DNA of 64,000 nucleotides. Source: Octopus vulgaris (Eukaryota). A program made the position numbers and the translations under genes. Below are positions 13,959-27,810 of this stretch, piece after piece; position 1 is the first letter of the stretch; every line of letters starts with the position of its first letter. The stretch lies in assembly GCA_951406725.2 (NCBI GenBank), contig OX597822.1, positions 29,450,001-29,514,000 on the forward strand. The letters run 5' to 3'. Under the pieces are notes generated by a model, which worked only from the letters and a program-made list of their open reading frames with translations, was not told the DNA's origin and searched no databases.

Positions 13959-14220
13959 ATTCTTTTATTGGCCACAAGGGCTGACAAAAATGAATTATAA
14001 CAAAAACGGGACAAAACAGGACGAAAGGTTACAAAGGGTTTTGTCCATTTGTAAAAAACCGTGTAAAAACAGTGTAACAATAAAAAATTATAACAACGTA
14101 AAAGTCCCAGTAGGGGGAGGCGTTACGAAAGGTTCCTGGTGGAAAAAACCCATAAAAGCCAACGGGAGCCTGGTAAAACTTGTCGCTAGAAGTGTGTTGC
14201 TAGAAGCCTGTTAATTATTC

Positions 14221-14263
<43 letters not shown>

Positions 14264-14553
14264 AAGATAGTGTGAGAAAAATGTGTGAGAGAGAGAGTGA
14301 GTGATAGAAGGGGAAGAACATATTTGAATGTTACTTGATTTATGAGACTCCTATTTTTATTCAGTCTATAAGAAATTAGCTTTAAGTAATGTCAAGACAA
14401 AATTAGCTGTGGTATTTCTCATGATGATGATGACACCAACGACCGTGGTTGCATTGGTGGTGACGTTAGCGATGCTATTTGAGTTTATTTATGTAATGAA
14501 ACCTATTCTGTCTACCAATTTTTCATCTTTATTTATTCTCTTCCGTTTGACAG

Positions 14554-14711
14554 TTGTAAGCACACGGACTATAATGCTGAAGGCTGCAAGCCCGTGTCTG
14601 GGGGACTTCAAGTGGTAGAGATCCAAGTTGATAAGATCGATGCTGACCGAGAAGTGGAAAAGATCCATTCTTTGTACTTTACTGCCATGGACAAATTGGA
14701 AGGAATGCAAG
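14554..14711 (+). CDS. RASA3: RASA3-like exon, BTK Zn motif end and C-terminal region
   Basis: tgacag / GTAAGA; (C)CKHTDYNAEGCKPVSGGLQVVEIQVDKIDADREVEKIHSLYFTAMDKLEGMQ. Confidence 0.93.
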
Positions 14712-15490
14712 GTAAGAAGAATGGTTCTTTACCCTACATTGAGGAAATGAATCTGTTTTTACTCCAGCTTTTATTTTTTGTTGCTGTTGTTGTTGTTGCT
14801 GCTCTTTTACATCCATTGAAGTAGGTTATTTTTTTCCTTTTCTTCGTATTCTTTTACTTGTCTCAGTCATTTGACTGCAGCCATGCTGGAGCACTGCCTT
14901 AAAGGGGATTTTTTTGTTTGTTTGTTTTTAGTCTAAGAAATCGATCCCAGCAACTTATTCTTTGTAAACCTAGTACTTATTCTATCAGTCTCTTTTTGTT
15001 GAACTGCTAAGTTACAGGGATGTAAACACACCGATCTCAGTTGTCTATGATGGTGGAGGGACAAATACTGACCCCCCACGCACAAATACACACACACGAT
15101 GGGCTTCTCTCAGGGGCAGTCTCAGGTGGGGTTGGTATCAAAAGTTTTTTTTACCTTTAGATGTAATTAATATTATTATACAGTGGAGATAAGTCAAATA
15201 CGTAACTGAAAGAAACGGATGGGGGAAGGTTAGCTGTAGATGTTTTTTTGTGTTGGACAATTTGGTGATGCATTCGTGCGTGTACACACACACACATACA
15301 CACACACACACACACATACACACACATATCACACAGCAAATAGAGATAGACAAGAAGACATCTGAATGTAAATCAAATAGTTAAGATACCGAGTTATTTC
15401 CCCTTTACTTGATAATTATAAAAAAAAACTGCAATTAATAGAGAAGCTTTTATTGATATGTTGATACATACATATATATATAACAAAATA

Positions 15491-16057
15491 TTGGGTTGTC
15501 CGGAAAGTTCGTGCCGATTTTTAAAGGAAAGAAAAAGGTCAATAAATACTTGCCATTACATTTTTAATCAACCAAATATGAACCATGTTGTTGCACAATG
15601 CGTCTCCATCTTTCCTTTAACTTGAAAATACCCTCTTCCCAGAATTGAGGTGGTTTCATGGCAAAGAATTCATCAAGGTATCTTTTTACGTCATCCAAGA
15701 AATTGAAATTTTTACCATTAAGACTATTCTGCAGAAACCTGAAGAAGTGGGAAATCCGACGGAGCAATATCTGGTGAATATGGAGGGTGGGGTAACACAT
15801 CCCAGCCGAGCTGCAACAATTTTTGTCTGGTTCCCAAAGCATCAAGTGCCGAAAATGAACTTTCTTATCTTCCATTTTAAAGGGTTACAAAATTAACACA
15901 GGTTATAGGAACATAAACCTTCTTCCACGAAAAGATAGCTTAAACTGTGCTCTAAATGGAGGTGTAGTCAAATCCTATTTTATGGACTCAACCATGTTCT
16001 AAAATAAGTCGAAAGGTAAGCTACTATAAATCGGTACGAACTTTCTGGACAACCCAA
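15491..16057 (-). mobile_element. Internally deleted mariner (567 bp)
   Basis: ~30-bp TIRs ttgggttgtccggaaagttcgtgccgattt / aaatcggtacgaactttctggacaacccaa with TA on both sides; residual ORF joins the N-terminus MEDKKVHFRH to the C-terminus ..GIFKLKERWRRIVQQHGSYLVD. Confidence 0.9.
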
Positions 16058-18287
16058 TATTTTGTAGTCATCTGTGTATCATACTAAATGTTTATAAGGC
16101 ATGCGGCTGTGGTATTTGTCTGAGAGAAAACGTGTTAAAAAGACCATGTATATCAATGTGAAATTAACCATATCACAGCAGTGACTCATGGAAATGTTAG
16201 ACACATTTTACTCTTCTTGGGTACATGTGATTGACAAGCTCCAGGTTGCAGGAATGGGTAAGGAAGGGAGAGGCAGACATAGTACATGAAAGATGTGGCT
16301 TTCTATTTCTTAAACCTCTGAGATCTGGGGTTCCCCTCCTTGTCTAACTTCACCCCCCCCCCCCAGTTGGGCTCTTGAGCGAAAAATTAAATATTTACAT
16401 ATACAGCTCATGAGTAAAGATTGCAGGCAAACTAATGTGATTGGTAAACAAGCTACTTACCACACAGCCACTCCTGCGCCTGTATTTGTTAGGCAAACTA
16501 ATGGACAAAATCACAAAAAAATTCTGGAGAATAGCAATAATAGGCCTTTCTCTCAACTACTCTTTACTCTTTTACTTGTTTCAGTCATTTGACTGCAGCC
16601 ATGCTGGAGCACCGCCTTTAATCAAGCAACTCTACCCTGGGACTTATTCTTTTGTAAGCCCAGTACTTATTCTATCGGTCTCTTTTGCCAAACCGCTAAG
16701 TAACGGGGACATAAACACACCAGCATCGGTTGCTAGGGGGACAAACACAGACATACAAACACACACACGCATACATATATATACATATATACGACGGGCT
16801 TCTTTCAGTTTCCGTCTACCAAATCCACTCACAAGGCTTTGGTCGGCCCGAGGCTATAGTAGAAGACACTTGCCCAAGGTGCCATGCAGTGGGACTGAAC
16901 CCGGAACCATGTGATTGGTAACAAGCTACTTACCACACAGCCACTCATGCACTTGTATTTGTTAGGCAAACTAATGGACAAAATCACAAAAAAATTCCAA
17001 TATTTGTTGAACCTTTACACTGTGTTTGGAATAGTTGTTTTAAAAAGTTACTTGACTTTATATAACGAACCAGTATTAGAGGCTGGCATGAGATCTGCTT
17101 TAGTTCAGAGGCAAAAGATTTTATCTTGTATCTTTTATCTTTTACTGGTTTCAGCCCAGGGCTGAGGTCATGCTGGTGCACCACCTGCAGTTACTCGGTG
17201 TTGTTTATATTGTCAATAATAAATTTGTTTATATTGTAAACAATAAGGGTTATCATGCACTTTAGCTATTTTGGTTGTTTGTGTAGGTGATGGATTTGAA
17301 ATTGTTGAAAATAAAACAGGAATAATGGTTTAGCATTCAAATTAATTCTGTCAAATAATAATAGGCCTTTCTCTCAACTACTGTATTTGTTAGGCAAAAT
17401 CACAAAAATGGACAAAATCGCGAAAAAATTCTGGAAAATATCAGTAATAGGCTGTTTTTATAACTACCGTATTTACATTTACTTTTCTGAAAGAAGTTTC
17501 AATATGTCTCCCCACCATCACCACCAGTTATCACGAGCATCATTATCATCATTATCCTCATCATCATTTAATCAACATTTTAATGCATTATATATAAAAA
17601 TTAACCAAAACCAAAAAAAAAAAAAAAAGAAAGATACCTCATGTTTCTGAGATATGTGCTTTTTACTTGCATGCAGCTAAAAGGAAGTCTGTCCTAGGTA
17701 AGAAATATCACTTGATTAAATGAAGAATCAATCAAACTCTATATTTAAATTAAAATATATTTTTACACAGATGTGTAAAATATAATTCACTGTTAATAGT
17801 TTGATTAAATCGATGTAGTAGCTTTCTGTCTTTTAGTGATCCCTGCTTAGTGACTTCCCATTTTCCCTTTTTATTATTTTTTTTTTGCATAATTGTCTAC
17901 CTGTGTTTTAGTTGTTTTTGTTGACTTGTAGGAAGTTAGCTGTGTGTCTTACTCTTATTTTAAAAAAAAATTGCTTATAAGCCTGGTAACTTTTAAAGAT
18001 GTTTATGTCCACCAAGTGAAACAATACATTTTTTTTATACAAATAGATTCACAAAGAAACTTTCAAATGTGGTACAATTCTGTGTTTCTGACTTGAGGAA
18101 TTATGCACACCTTTTTTGTGTTTTTAACACAAGTCAGACTGGTGTTTCGTCTTGATTATTCCTTTCACTATGTTTCGGCTGTTGTATGCTCCAACCTTCT
18201 TCAAGTGTCATGTGATAAATCTCAGTGCCTTGTCTGGTATTGAACTCAGAACTTTTAGATGAACTGCATTGCATTAACTAATAACTC

Positions 18288-18427
18288 TCTTCTTCTTCTT
18301 CTTCTTCTTCTTCTTCTTCTTCTTCTTCTTCTTCTTCTCCTTCTTCTTCTTCTTCTCCTCCTCCTTCTTCTTCTTCTCCTCCTCCTCCTCCTCCTCCTCC
18401 TCCTCACCATCATCATCATCATCATAA
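18288..18427. repeat. (CTT)n/(CCT)n/(CAT)n microsatellite
   Basis: Direct reading; produces the poly-L and poly-R pseudo-ORFs. Confidence 0.9.
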
Positions 18428-19295
18428 TACTAGCATGGGTTGGATGGTTTGACCAGGGCTGCACCAGCCTCCAGTCTGATTTGACATGGTTACCCTTTGA
18501 CATGGTTTCTACAGCTGGATACCCTTCCACATGCCAACCACTCCGAGAGAATATGGCTGCCAGTTGCATGGCACCAGTATCTGCCATAACTCTGATTTTT
18601 CACTTTAGCTTGACAGGTCTTCTACTCAAGCACAAGCACTGCATATTGCCAAAAAGTCTCAGACATTTGTCATTGCCTCTGCAAGAGGCCTCACACTGGA
18701 AGGGTGCTTTTTATGTGCCACTGGCACAGGTGCTAGTATTGTGGGACCAGCATCGGATCCACTATGCTAATACCTGTAGGCAGTGACAGAGTGAATTTTT
18801 AAGATATATAAACCTCCATTGATGCCTTATGTTGGCCTCTCTACCAATTGGATAATACAGTTCTATATTTCTGAGATGTGGAATTATGTATGCTTGAGTT
18901 CAGTCCCAGGCAAGGTGCTAAGGCAAACCACAAGACACCTGAAGAAAGCTGGAGCACATATCATCCAAAACATAGTGAAAGCAACGACCAAGATAAGGAC
19001 ACCTGTCTGACTAAATTAAGAAATGGTTTTGAAGATAGGTTTTATTCTTTTACTATTGTATTCTTTTACATGTGTCTTATTTTTAAGCGTGGTACTTATT
19101 CTATCAGTCATTGAATTGCAGCCATGCTGGAGCACTGTCTTGAAAAGTTTAGAGGATCAGATCAAGCTCAGTACTTGTTCTTTGGGTCTCTTTTTGCTTG
19201 AGTGGTTAAGTTGCGGGGGGAATGTAAACAAACTAACACCCACTGTGTTAGTTGAGAAGTGAGATGCATACACAAAAAGAACAAATGTACGGAGA

Positions 19296-19335
<40 letters not shown>

Positions 19336-19865
19336 CACACACACACACACATATGTGCACTTACACACTCACACACACATATGTGCACTTACACACTCAT
19401 ACCCTGGGTTTTTACACTTCTTTTATTTTACAAATTCATTCACATGCAAGGTATTGGTCAATTTGAAGCAGTCTGGCAGAACACGCTTGTTTAAAGGGCT
19501 ATTTTAGTAGTGGGACTAAAAACTGAAACCACGATGTTGCAAAGCTAATCACTTAACCACACGTATGGCTGCATATATAAAGGGAGATTACTCTCTTTTT
19601 GTGAAAATTACTACCAGATGACACTATTCATAATAAATAAATATTTGTTTAATATTTACCTTTTTTATCTGTTTATCTTTTATCTGTTTCAATCATTAGA
19701 CTGTGGCCATGCTGGGGCGCTAATTTGAAGAACTTTCAAAGAAATAAATCAACCCCATTACTTATTTTTTATTTATAAACGTGGTACTTATTCTAGTGCT
19801 CTCTTTTTGGCGAACTACAAACTTACGGGGATGTAAACAAACCAACATGTCAAGCGGTGGTAGGG

Positions 19866-19917
<52 letters not shown>

Positions 19918-19929
19918 ACACACACCACA

Positions 19930-20022
<93 letters not shown>

Positions 20023-21204
20023 CTTCTTTCAGTTTCTGACTGCCACCAAATCTGCTCACAAGGCTTTGGTTGGCTTAGAGCTATAGTAGAAGACACTTGC
20101 CATATGTGCCACGCAGTGGGACTGAACTTGGAACCACATGGTTGGGAAGCAAGCTTCTTTCCACACGTGCCACACCTGATATTTACAAAATTTCATGGCT
20201 TATGACTGTGCCATCATCGTTTTTTGATATGCTTATATGCATCAAACAGAATTAGTTGAGGTTGATTTTCTACAGCTGGATGCCCTTCCTGCTGCCAACC
20301 CTCACCTATTTCCAAGCAAGGTAATATTCCCCCATGACCAGGCTGGAAATGAATGACCTGGCTTGAATGATGGTAATGCTCATCTTCAGCCATTTGGCCA
20401 TGACTGGACTATTGTGTGATGTCAAGACAAGGAGACACATACACACACGCACATGTACATGCACATACAACAGGCTTCTTTCAGTTTCCATCTGCCAAAT
20501 CTACTTGTGAGGATTTTGTTGACCCAGTGCTCTATAGTCATTTATTTCTAAGACATTTATTTCTTTATTGCCCACAAGGGGCTAAACATGGAAGGGACAA
20601 ACAAGGACAGACAAAGGGATTAAGTCGATTACATCGACCCCAGTGCGTAACTGGTACTTATTTAATCTACCCCGAATGGATGAAAGGCAAAGTCGACCTC
20701 GGCGGAATTTGAACTCAGAACGTAATGACAGACAAAATACTGCTAAGCATTTCGCTCAGAGTGCAAACGATTCTGCCAGCTTGCCTATCCTGTCACACAG
20801 TTGGACTAAACTTAAAAACCATATTTCTTTATTACACAGTAAATAAATAACTCATTGTTGTTCTTGATATTTTCTTATTAGACACAAATCTTTAAATATA
20901 TTTCTTTATAAGAAGTTTCAAAACAAGGTTGATTCTAATCAAACTTGTAAGTAAATAAAAACCAAAACCATTGATTGCTGATTAAACTCCTTTATGTGGT
21001 ACTTTTGTTAATCATATCAAACATTTAGGCACAGTTATAGCTGTGTAGTTAAGAAGCTCACTTTGCAATGAGAAGGTTTCAAGTTCAGTCCTACTGTGCA
21101 GCACCCCTTGGGCAAATGTCTTTTGCTATTTGCTATAGCCCTGGGCTGACCAAAACCTTGTGAGTGAATTAAGTAAGTCAGAAATGGGGTGGAAGCCTAT
21201 TTTA

Positions 21205-21710
21205 TCATTCATCATCATCGTTTAATGTCCACTTTCCATGCTAGCATGGGTTGGACGATTTGACTGAGGTCTGGCGAACCATATGGCTGCACCAGACTCC
21301 AATCTTGATCTGGCAGAGTTTCTACAGCTGGATGCCCTTCCTAACGCCAACCACTCCGTGAGTGTAGTGGGTGCTTTTACATGCCACTGGCACGAGGGCC
21401 AGTCAGGCGGTACTGGCAACAGCCACGCTCAAATGGTGCTTTTTATGTGCCACCTGCACAGGAGCCAGTCAGGCGGTACTGGCAACGACCTTGCTCGAAT
21501 ATTTTTTCACGTTCCACCAGCACAAGTCCCAGTAAGGCAATGCAGGTAACAATCATGTTCGAATGGTGTTTTTTTTTTATGTGCCACTGGCACGAAGGCC
21601 AACTTATTGCTATGGCAATGATCACACTCATATGGTACTCTTAGCGCTCCACTTGCACAGATGCCAGTCATCGAATTTGATTTCGATTTCGATTTTACTT
21701 GCCCCAACAG
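21205..21710 (-). mobile_element. Retroposon with (GAT)n tail and internal ~60-bp tandem units; related copies at ~2730-2865, 2960-3160, 9190-9465, 10270-10540, 23605-23900
   Basis: Recurrent tail ccaacccatgccagcatggaaa..acgttaaacgatgatgat; tandem units tgccactggcac..gccagtcaggcggtactggcaac. Confidence 0.6.
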
Positions 21711-22475
21711 GCTTTCAATGTGTGTATGTGTGTGTGTGTATGCAAGTGTGTGTGTGTATTTGTCCTGCCATCATCATTTGATAACTGGTGTTAGTTTGTT
21801 TATGTTACTTAGTGGTTCAGCGAAAGAGACAGTAGAGTAAGTACCAGACTTATAAAAAAAAAATGATGTACTGGAGTTGATTTGTTTGACTAAACTCACC
21901 AAGACAATGTCTCATCCAGTAATAACCACAATGCAATGATTGAAACAAGGAAAAGATAGACAATAAAAGAGACAGAATATTAAATCTCTCATAAAATACC
22001 AATATTTGTTGAACCTTTATGCTGAATGTTGTATAAACATATATCTATTGTGTTTGGAATAGATGTTTTAAAAAGTTACATGACTTTATATAACGAACCA
22101 GTATTAGAGGCTGGCATGAGATCTGCTTTAGTTCAGAGACAGAAGATTTATCTTGTATCTTTTACCTTTTACTGGTTTCAGCCCAGGGCTGAGGTCATGC
22201 TGGTGCACCACCTGTAGTTACTCAGTGTTGTTTGTATTGTCAATAATAAATTTGTTTATATTGTAAACAATAAGGGTTATCATGCACTTTAGCTATTTTG
22301 GTTGTTTGTGTAGGTGATGGATTTAAAATAGATGAAAATAAAACAGGAATAATGGTTTAGCATTCAAATTAATTCTGTCAAATATAATGCTTATTTTAGT
22401 CACATTGTTTTGAATTATCATGTATTATATTATAGCTTTGATATTGCAATGTTGTGATTATTAACCGTTTAGAAT

Positions 22476-23095
22476 AAGGCGGCAAGCTGGCAGAAACGTT
22501 AGCACGCCAGGTGAAATGCTTAGTGGTATTTCGTCTGCTGTTACATTCCAAGTTCAAATTCTGCCGAGGTCAACTTTGCCTTTCATCCTTTCGGGGTCAA
22601 TTAAATAAGTACCAGTTACATACTAGGGTCAATATAATCGACTTAATCCGTTTGTCTATCCTTGTTTGTCCCCTCTGTGTGTAGCCCCTTGAGGGCAGTA
22701 AAGAGATAAGAAACATTAGCACGCTGGGTGAAATGCTTAGTGGTATTTCGTCTACCGCTACATTCTGAGTTCAAATTCCGCTGAGGTCGACTTTACCTTT
22801 CATTCTTTCGGGGTCGATAAATTAAGTACCAGTTACGCACTGGGGTTGATATAATTGACTTAATCCGTTTGTCCTCTCTGTGTTTAGCCCCTTGTGGGTA
22901 GTAAAGAAATAGGTATTTCGTCTGCTGCTATGTTCTGAGTTCAAATTCCACTGAGGTTGACTTTGCCTTTCATCCTTTCAGGGTCGATAAATTAAGTACC
23001 AGTTACGCACTGGGGTCGATGTAATTGAATTAATCCTTTTGTCTGTCTTTGTTTGTCCCCTCTGTGTTTAGCCCCTTGTGGGCAATAAAGAAATA
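22476..23095 (+). mobile_element. Tandem array of three family B SINE units (Meta/MESC-like central domain)
   Basis: Head aaggcggcaagctggcagaaacgttagc, body gaggtcgactttgcctttcatcctttcggggtcga, tail agccccttgtgggcaataaagaaat; units head-to-tail. Confidence 0.8.
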
Positions 23096-23365
23096 AGAAT
23101 GACATTGTAGGGTAGGTGTGAGAGGCTGGATTTGGCTGGTTTGAACATAAAACAAATAGAATATTTAGGCCAGATATGACCTGTTGATATGCTAAAGGGT
23201 TAAAATTTGCCTATTAATAGTGAGCATCCAGGACAAAACTTACAAGAAGTCCAGTTATGCATACAGGACCTGGGGTGATATTTTGAGATGTTTTGGTAAA
23301 AAAAAAAAAGAAGTGCGTCATATAAGGCCACCAAATATGATATGTATTTATTTTTCATATTCCAG

Positions 23366-23546
23366 ATGCCTGTGCCAGTCAAGAAGTTTACACGGGCGAC
23401 AGTGAAATGCCTGGGTCAGTGCACATTGAAGACACAAAGAGCTGTTTTGAGACAGTAAACAGTATATTATCATGTGTTATAAAGCTTGAACAGGAACATA
23501 AGCAATATAAAAAAATCCTCCAAAAACAAACAGTCAAAGGTTCTTG
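23366..23546 (+). CDS. RASA3: RASA3-like penultimate coding exon
   Basis: ttccag / GTAAGG; (D)ACASQEVYTGDSEMPGSVHIEDTKSCFETVNSILSCVIKLEQEHKQYKKILQKQTVKGS; LEQEH.QY resembles the RASA3 tail; phase fits the previous exon. Confidence 0.9.
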
Positions 23547-23952
23547 GTAAGGCAGTTTTTAATTTGTTCCTTATTAATTATGTTCTTCCTATTCAGTTCT
23601 TTTCTCTTGGACGGTTTGACTGTGGGCTGGTGAACCAGACGGCTGCACCAGGCTCCAGTCTGATCTGGCAGTGTTTCTACAGCTGGATGCCCTTTCTAAC
23701 GCCAACCACTGTGAGTGTAGTGGGTGCGTTTTACGTGTCACTGGCACAGGGGTCAGAGGAGGCTGGCAAACGGCCACGATCGGTTGGTACTTTTACGTGT
23801 CACTGACACGGACGCCTGTCAGGCAGCTCTGCCATCTGCCACGTTCAGATGGTACTTTTTATGTGCCACCGGCACGGGTATCTTAACTACAATTTCTATT
23901 TGATTTTTTTTTGTGTGTTCTTTTTTTAATTTTTTTTTCTTTTTCTTTGCAG

Positions 23953-23983
23953 TGAGGCTCCCTTTGGTGATGAGAAATACTGA
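23953..23983 (+). CDS. RASA3: RASA3-like last coding exon, with stop codon
   Basis: Long polypyrimidine tract + ttgcag; (C)EAPFGDEKY* with TGA at 23981-23983; GSCEAPFGD resembles the GAP1-family GS.E.PIGD motif. Confidence 0.85.
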
Positions 23984-25050
23984 GATGTTCATTGCTGTGA
24001 CAATCTTTGGCACTAGGTAAATACATCATGTACTGTACAAATATTGATACAGAAGTCACTTCACATACATTACACATATATGCGTGTACTGCGTATGTTT
24101 TCTATGTTGCGTGCATATGTATGATATCTGTATGTGTGACCATACGGAAGCAGAAATCAAATCAAAATGAACTAAGAAAAAATATGGCCAACACAGATGA
24201 TGATGATGATGATAGTGATGACTACAGCAGTGTTTACATTGGAGAATGCATTTGTTATAATTTTCTTCATTCAAAAGCTGATTGGCTGATTGGACAACAT
24301 TCAGTAAAAGACTGAAGAACTCGGCCTTGCTTTTGGTTGGAGAATTGGAGGAGGAACAGATGTTTGTCATGTATACCACTTGCTGAAAACACAAAAAAAA
24401 AAGCGAAAAAGAAAAAAGAACAACAACAAAATACAAAGGTAAAGGTACCATTTTCAAAGGAAGTGCAAAAAAAAAAAAAAACAACCAACCAAATGATTAA
24501 AAAAACAAAAAAAAAAAATAACTAAAAACAAAAAGCTACCCAAACAGACAGTAAATATACCTGTTGGTATATAGCATTGCTTGGCCCCGGCTACTTCAGC
24601 AAGTATATCAGAAACAACATATAGCAACGGCCACGTTTGGTTGATTGCTTCCACCCACCTTATAATTTTTAAAAATTTTCATAAATTTTTTTTTTAATGT
24701 TTATCACTGTCATGCTTGGCTAGCTTCTATTTAATCTCCAAAAATTTAATACCTACTAATCTGGTAGATATCAGATTTGTTGGTCTAGCACAGCATTTTT
24801 TTTTTTAATTACATTCATGTATTTACTAGATTTTTTTTTTCTTACACTGCCAATATATGCAAAGCGGGGGAAGAAAACCAAACAAAAAACTCTCTCTCTC
24901 ATCATTTTTTTCACTTCCATTATTATTCATTTGTTTTCAATTTCATATATATATATTTTATTTTTAATTAACTTTATCTTTTCCATGAGGAAAAGCTTTC
25001 CCCCACTTTATGACCAGTAGTTAAAACAAGTATTTCTGTGATTCACAAGT

Positions 25051-25083
<33 letters not shown>

Positions 25084-25463
25084 ATATATATATACATACA
25101 CACACATATGCATACATACAGACAGATAAGTATGTATATATGTGCGTGTGTATGTAAGTATATTTATATATATATATATATTATATGTATATGTGTGTAT
25201 TTGTACACACATGCATAGACACACACACACACACACACCAGCACACATAGCACAAACTATGCATATACGCAGACATAAACACATATGTAATGTGTGTGTG
25301 TGTGTGTGTGTGTATGTGTGTGTGTGTGTTGAGGTGGGGGGGGGTGCCCGAGGGAGAGAGTGCAATAAATATTGAAAACCAAAACACCAATATAGCTGCA
25401 GCAACAAATGTATTGTTAAAGGAATTAGAGAAAGTAGAGAGAGAAAGAAAGAGAGAGAGAGAG

Positions 25464-25580
<117 letters not shown>

Positions 25581-25787
25581 TAGGATTGTCTTTTGTTGGC
25601 TCAACAAATTCCATTAATTGGAAAGTAGAAATTAAAAAAAAAAAAAAAAAGTAGAAATGTCACAGATTTATTTCTGTATTCTTTGCATGAAGAAATTGTT
25701 GCAGAATCTAATGAACATTTAGAAATATGAACATGTGTGTGTGTGTGTTTGTGTATACATATATATATATAAATATATTTCTATTTC

Positions 25788-25823
<36 letters not shown>

Positions 25824-25898
25824 TATACATGTGTACATAACACACACACATATACATGTGTACATATATATATATATATACACACACATATACATGTG

Positions 25899-25972
<74 letters not shown>

Positions 25973-26037
25973 CATATATATATATATATATATACATATG
26001 ATACATATACATGCGATATATATACATATGATGCAAG

Positions 26038-26083
<46 letters not shown>

Positions 26084-26758
26084 GTGTGCGTACGCACATC
26101 CATATATATTAATTGTGTATCTATGTGTGTATCGGTGTGTGTGTATATATATATATATATACACACACACACATACCGACGCCCACATATATGCATATAT
26201 TTCTACAAAATGAATTATTTAGTTAAATATATAAATATTTCATAGTTATATTGGAAATACCTTTTTTGTGCAACACATATTGTTAAAAGGGCTTAAATAG
26301 GGAAAGACTTATGCATGCCTGCATACGTGCATATTTGCATACACCGTACATCTAATAAAAAGGGACTCTTGTAAATGTAATCGAGCTGTGTGTAAGTGTG
26401 TGTATGTTTATATATATATATGTGTGTGTGTGTGTACGTGTGTGTGTGTGTACGTGTGTGTGTGTGTGTACACATGCATACTCAATTATGAGACAAGTGC
26501 TTGTGAACAGATCAGTAATTATGGTAAATTAAAGGTTATCAAATAGAGAAAAAAAATATTCATTTTAACAAAAAAAAAAAAAAAGGGGGTGTTAATCCTT
26601 TCATAGGTGCAGGTATGGCTGTGTGGTAGGAAGTTTGCATCTCAACCACATGGTTCTGGATTCAGTCCCACTGCATGGCATCTTGGGCCCTAAAGCCACA
26701 GGCTGGCCACAATTTTGGGAGTGAACTTAGTTGACAGAAACTAAAAGAAGACACCACG

Positions 26759-26796
<38 letters not shown>

Positions 26797-27810
26797 GTAT
26801 TTGGCTCCCACTGCCACTTGACAACCAGTGTTGGTTTGTTTACATCCCGATAACTTAGCAGTTTGCTAAACAATGATTAATATAATAAGTATCGGACAAA
26901 AATGCTAAAGGACTGGTGTCGTTTTGTTTGGCTAAAAACCTTTCGAGGTGGTGCCCCAGCATGGCCTCAGTCTTATGACTGAAATGAGTAAAAGATAAAG
27001 AAAGCCATTCAACTAAATACACTAAAGAAAGAGGTCACTCACTGAAACCACTCCTAGCTCCCACATGTGACCCCTCTATAGCTAGAGTAGCAATTGTGTG
27101 GCAGGACCAGTTTGTTCACATGTATATCTGTTACGGCTACCCACCTCCCCTCCGTCCAGCATGACCCCACTACTCTGGGGTTGCCAGTCAGTTGTCACCT
27201 GTCCCTGCCAATCACATATTTCATACATTAGCTTGGTGGCCAAAAATAGAGCTATGAGGCCACATGGTAATTGTTGTCACATGCCCACATGGTTCTATCA
27301 GGTTTTGCTGGATGTGAACTGCTCTCTCCCTCTCTTTTTTTCTCTGTCTTTCTGCCTGTCTCTCTTCCTCTCTCCCTCTCTGTTGCCTTCCTCACCATGT
27401 AGAACATGTAGCAGATGTCCTCATGTATCACATCTCTGATTGTGGTCTCTGCCAGCTCAAGCTGGGGTTGATGTTGGTGATTTAGTGGACATGCTGGATG
27501 GATTTGGCCACCCTGATGATATTTGGTTGCCTATCTCTGGGCTCGGAATGACACACCCAACTTAGAATTTGACTTCATCTGATCAAAGCAAAATTCATGT
27601 TGAAGAGGAAAATATGTATATGTATGTATGTGTGTGTGTGTATATGCAGCATGTGCGTGTGTGCCAGGTGTATGGGCATATATACACGAATGAAATAAAT
27701 GTGTTTATATGTATAAGTTCAGCAAAATTTAGATTCAGATGAATATGGTACTTAAGTTAAAGGCACCAGAATTTGGTATGGTATTTTCCATATAAATTAA
27801 ATGGGGTGAT

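Noticed and set aside
18255-18786. Poly-Leu / poly-Arg ORFs
   Set aside because: (CTT)n microsatellite running into a retroposon
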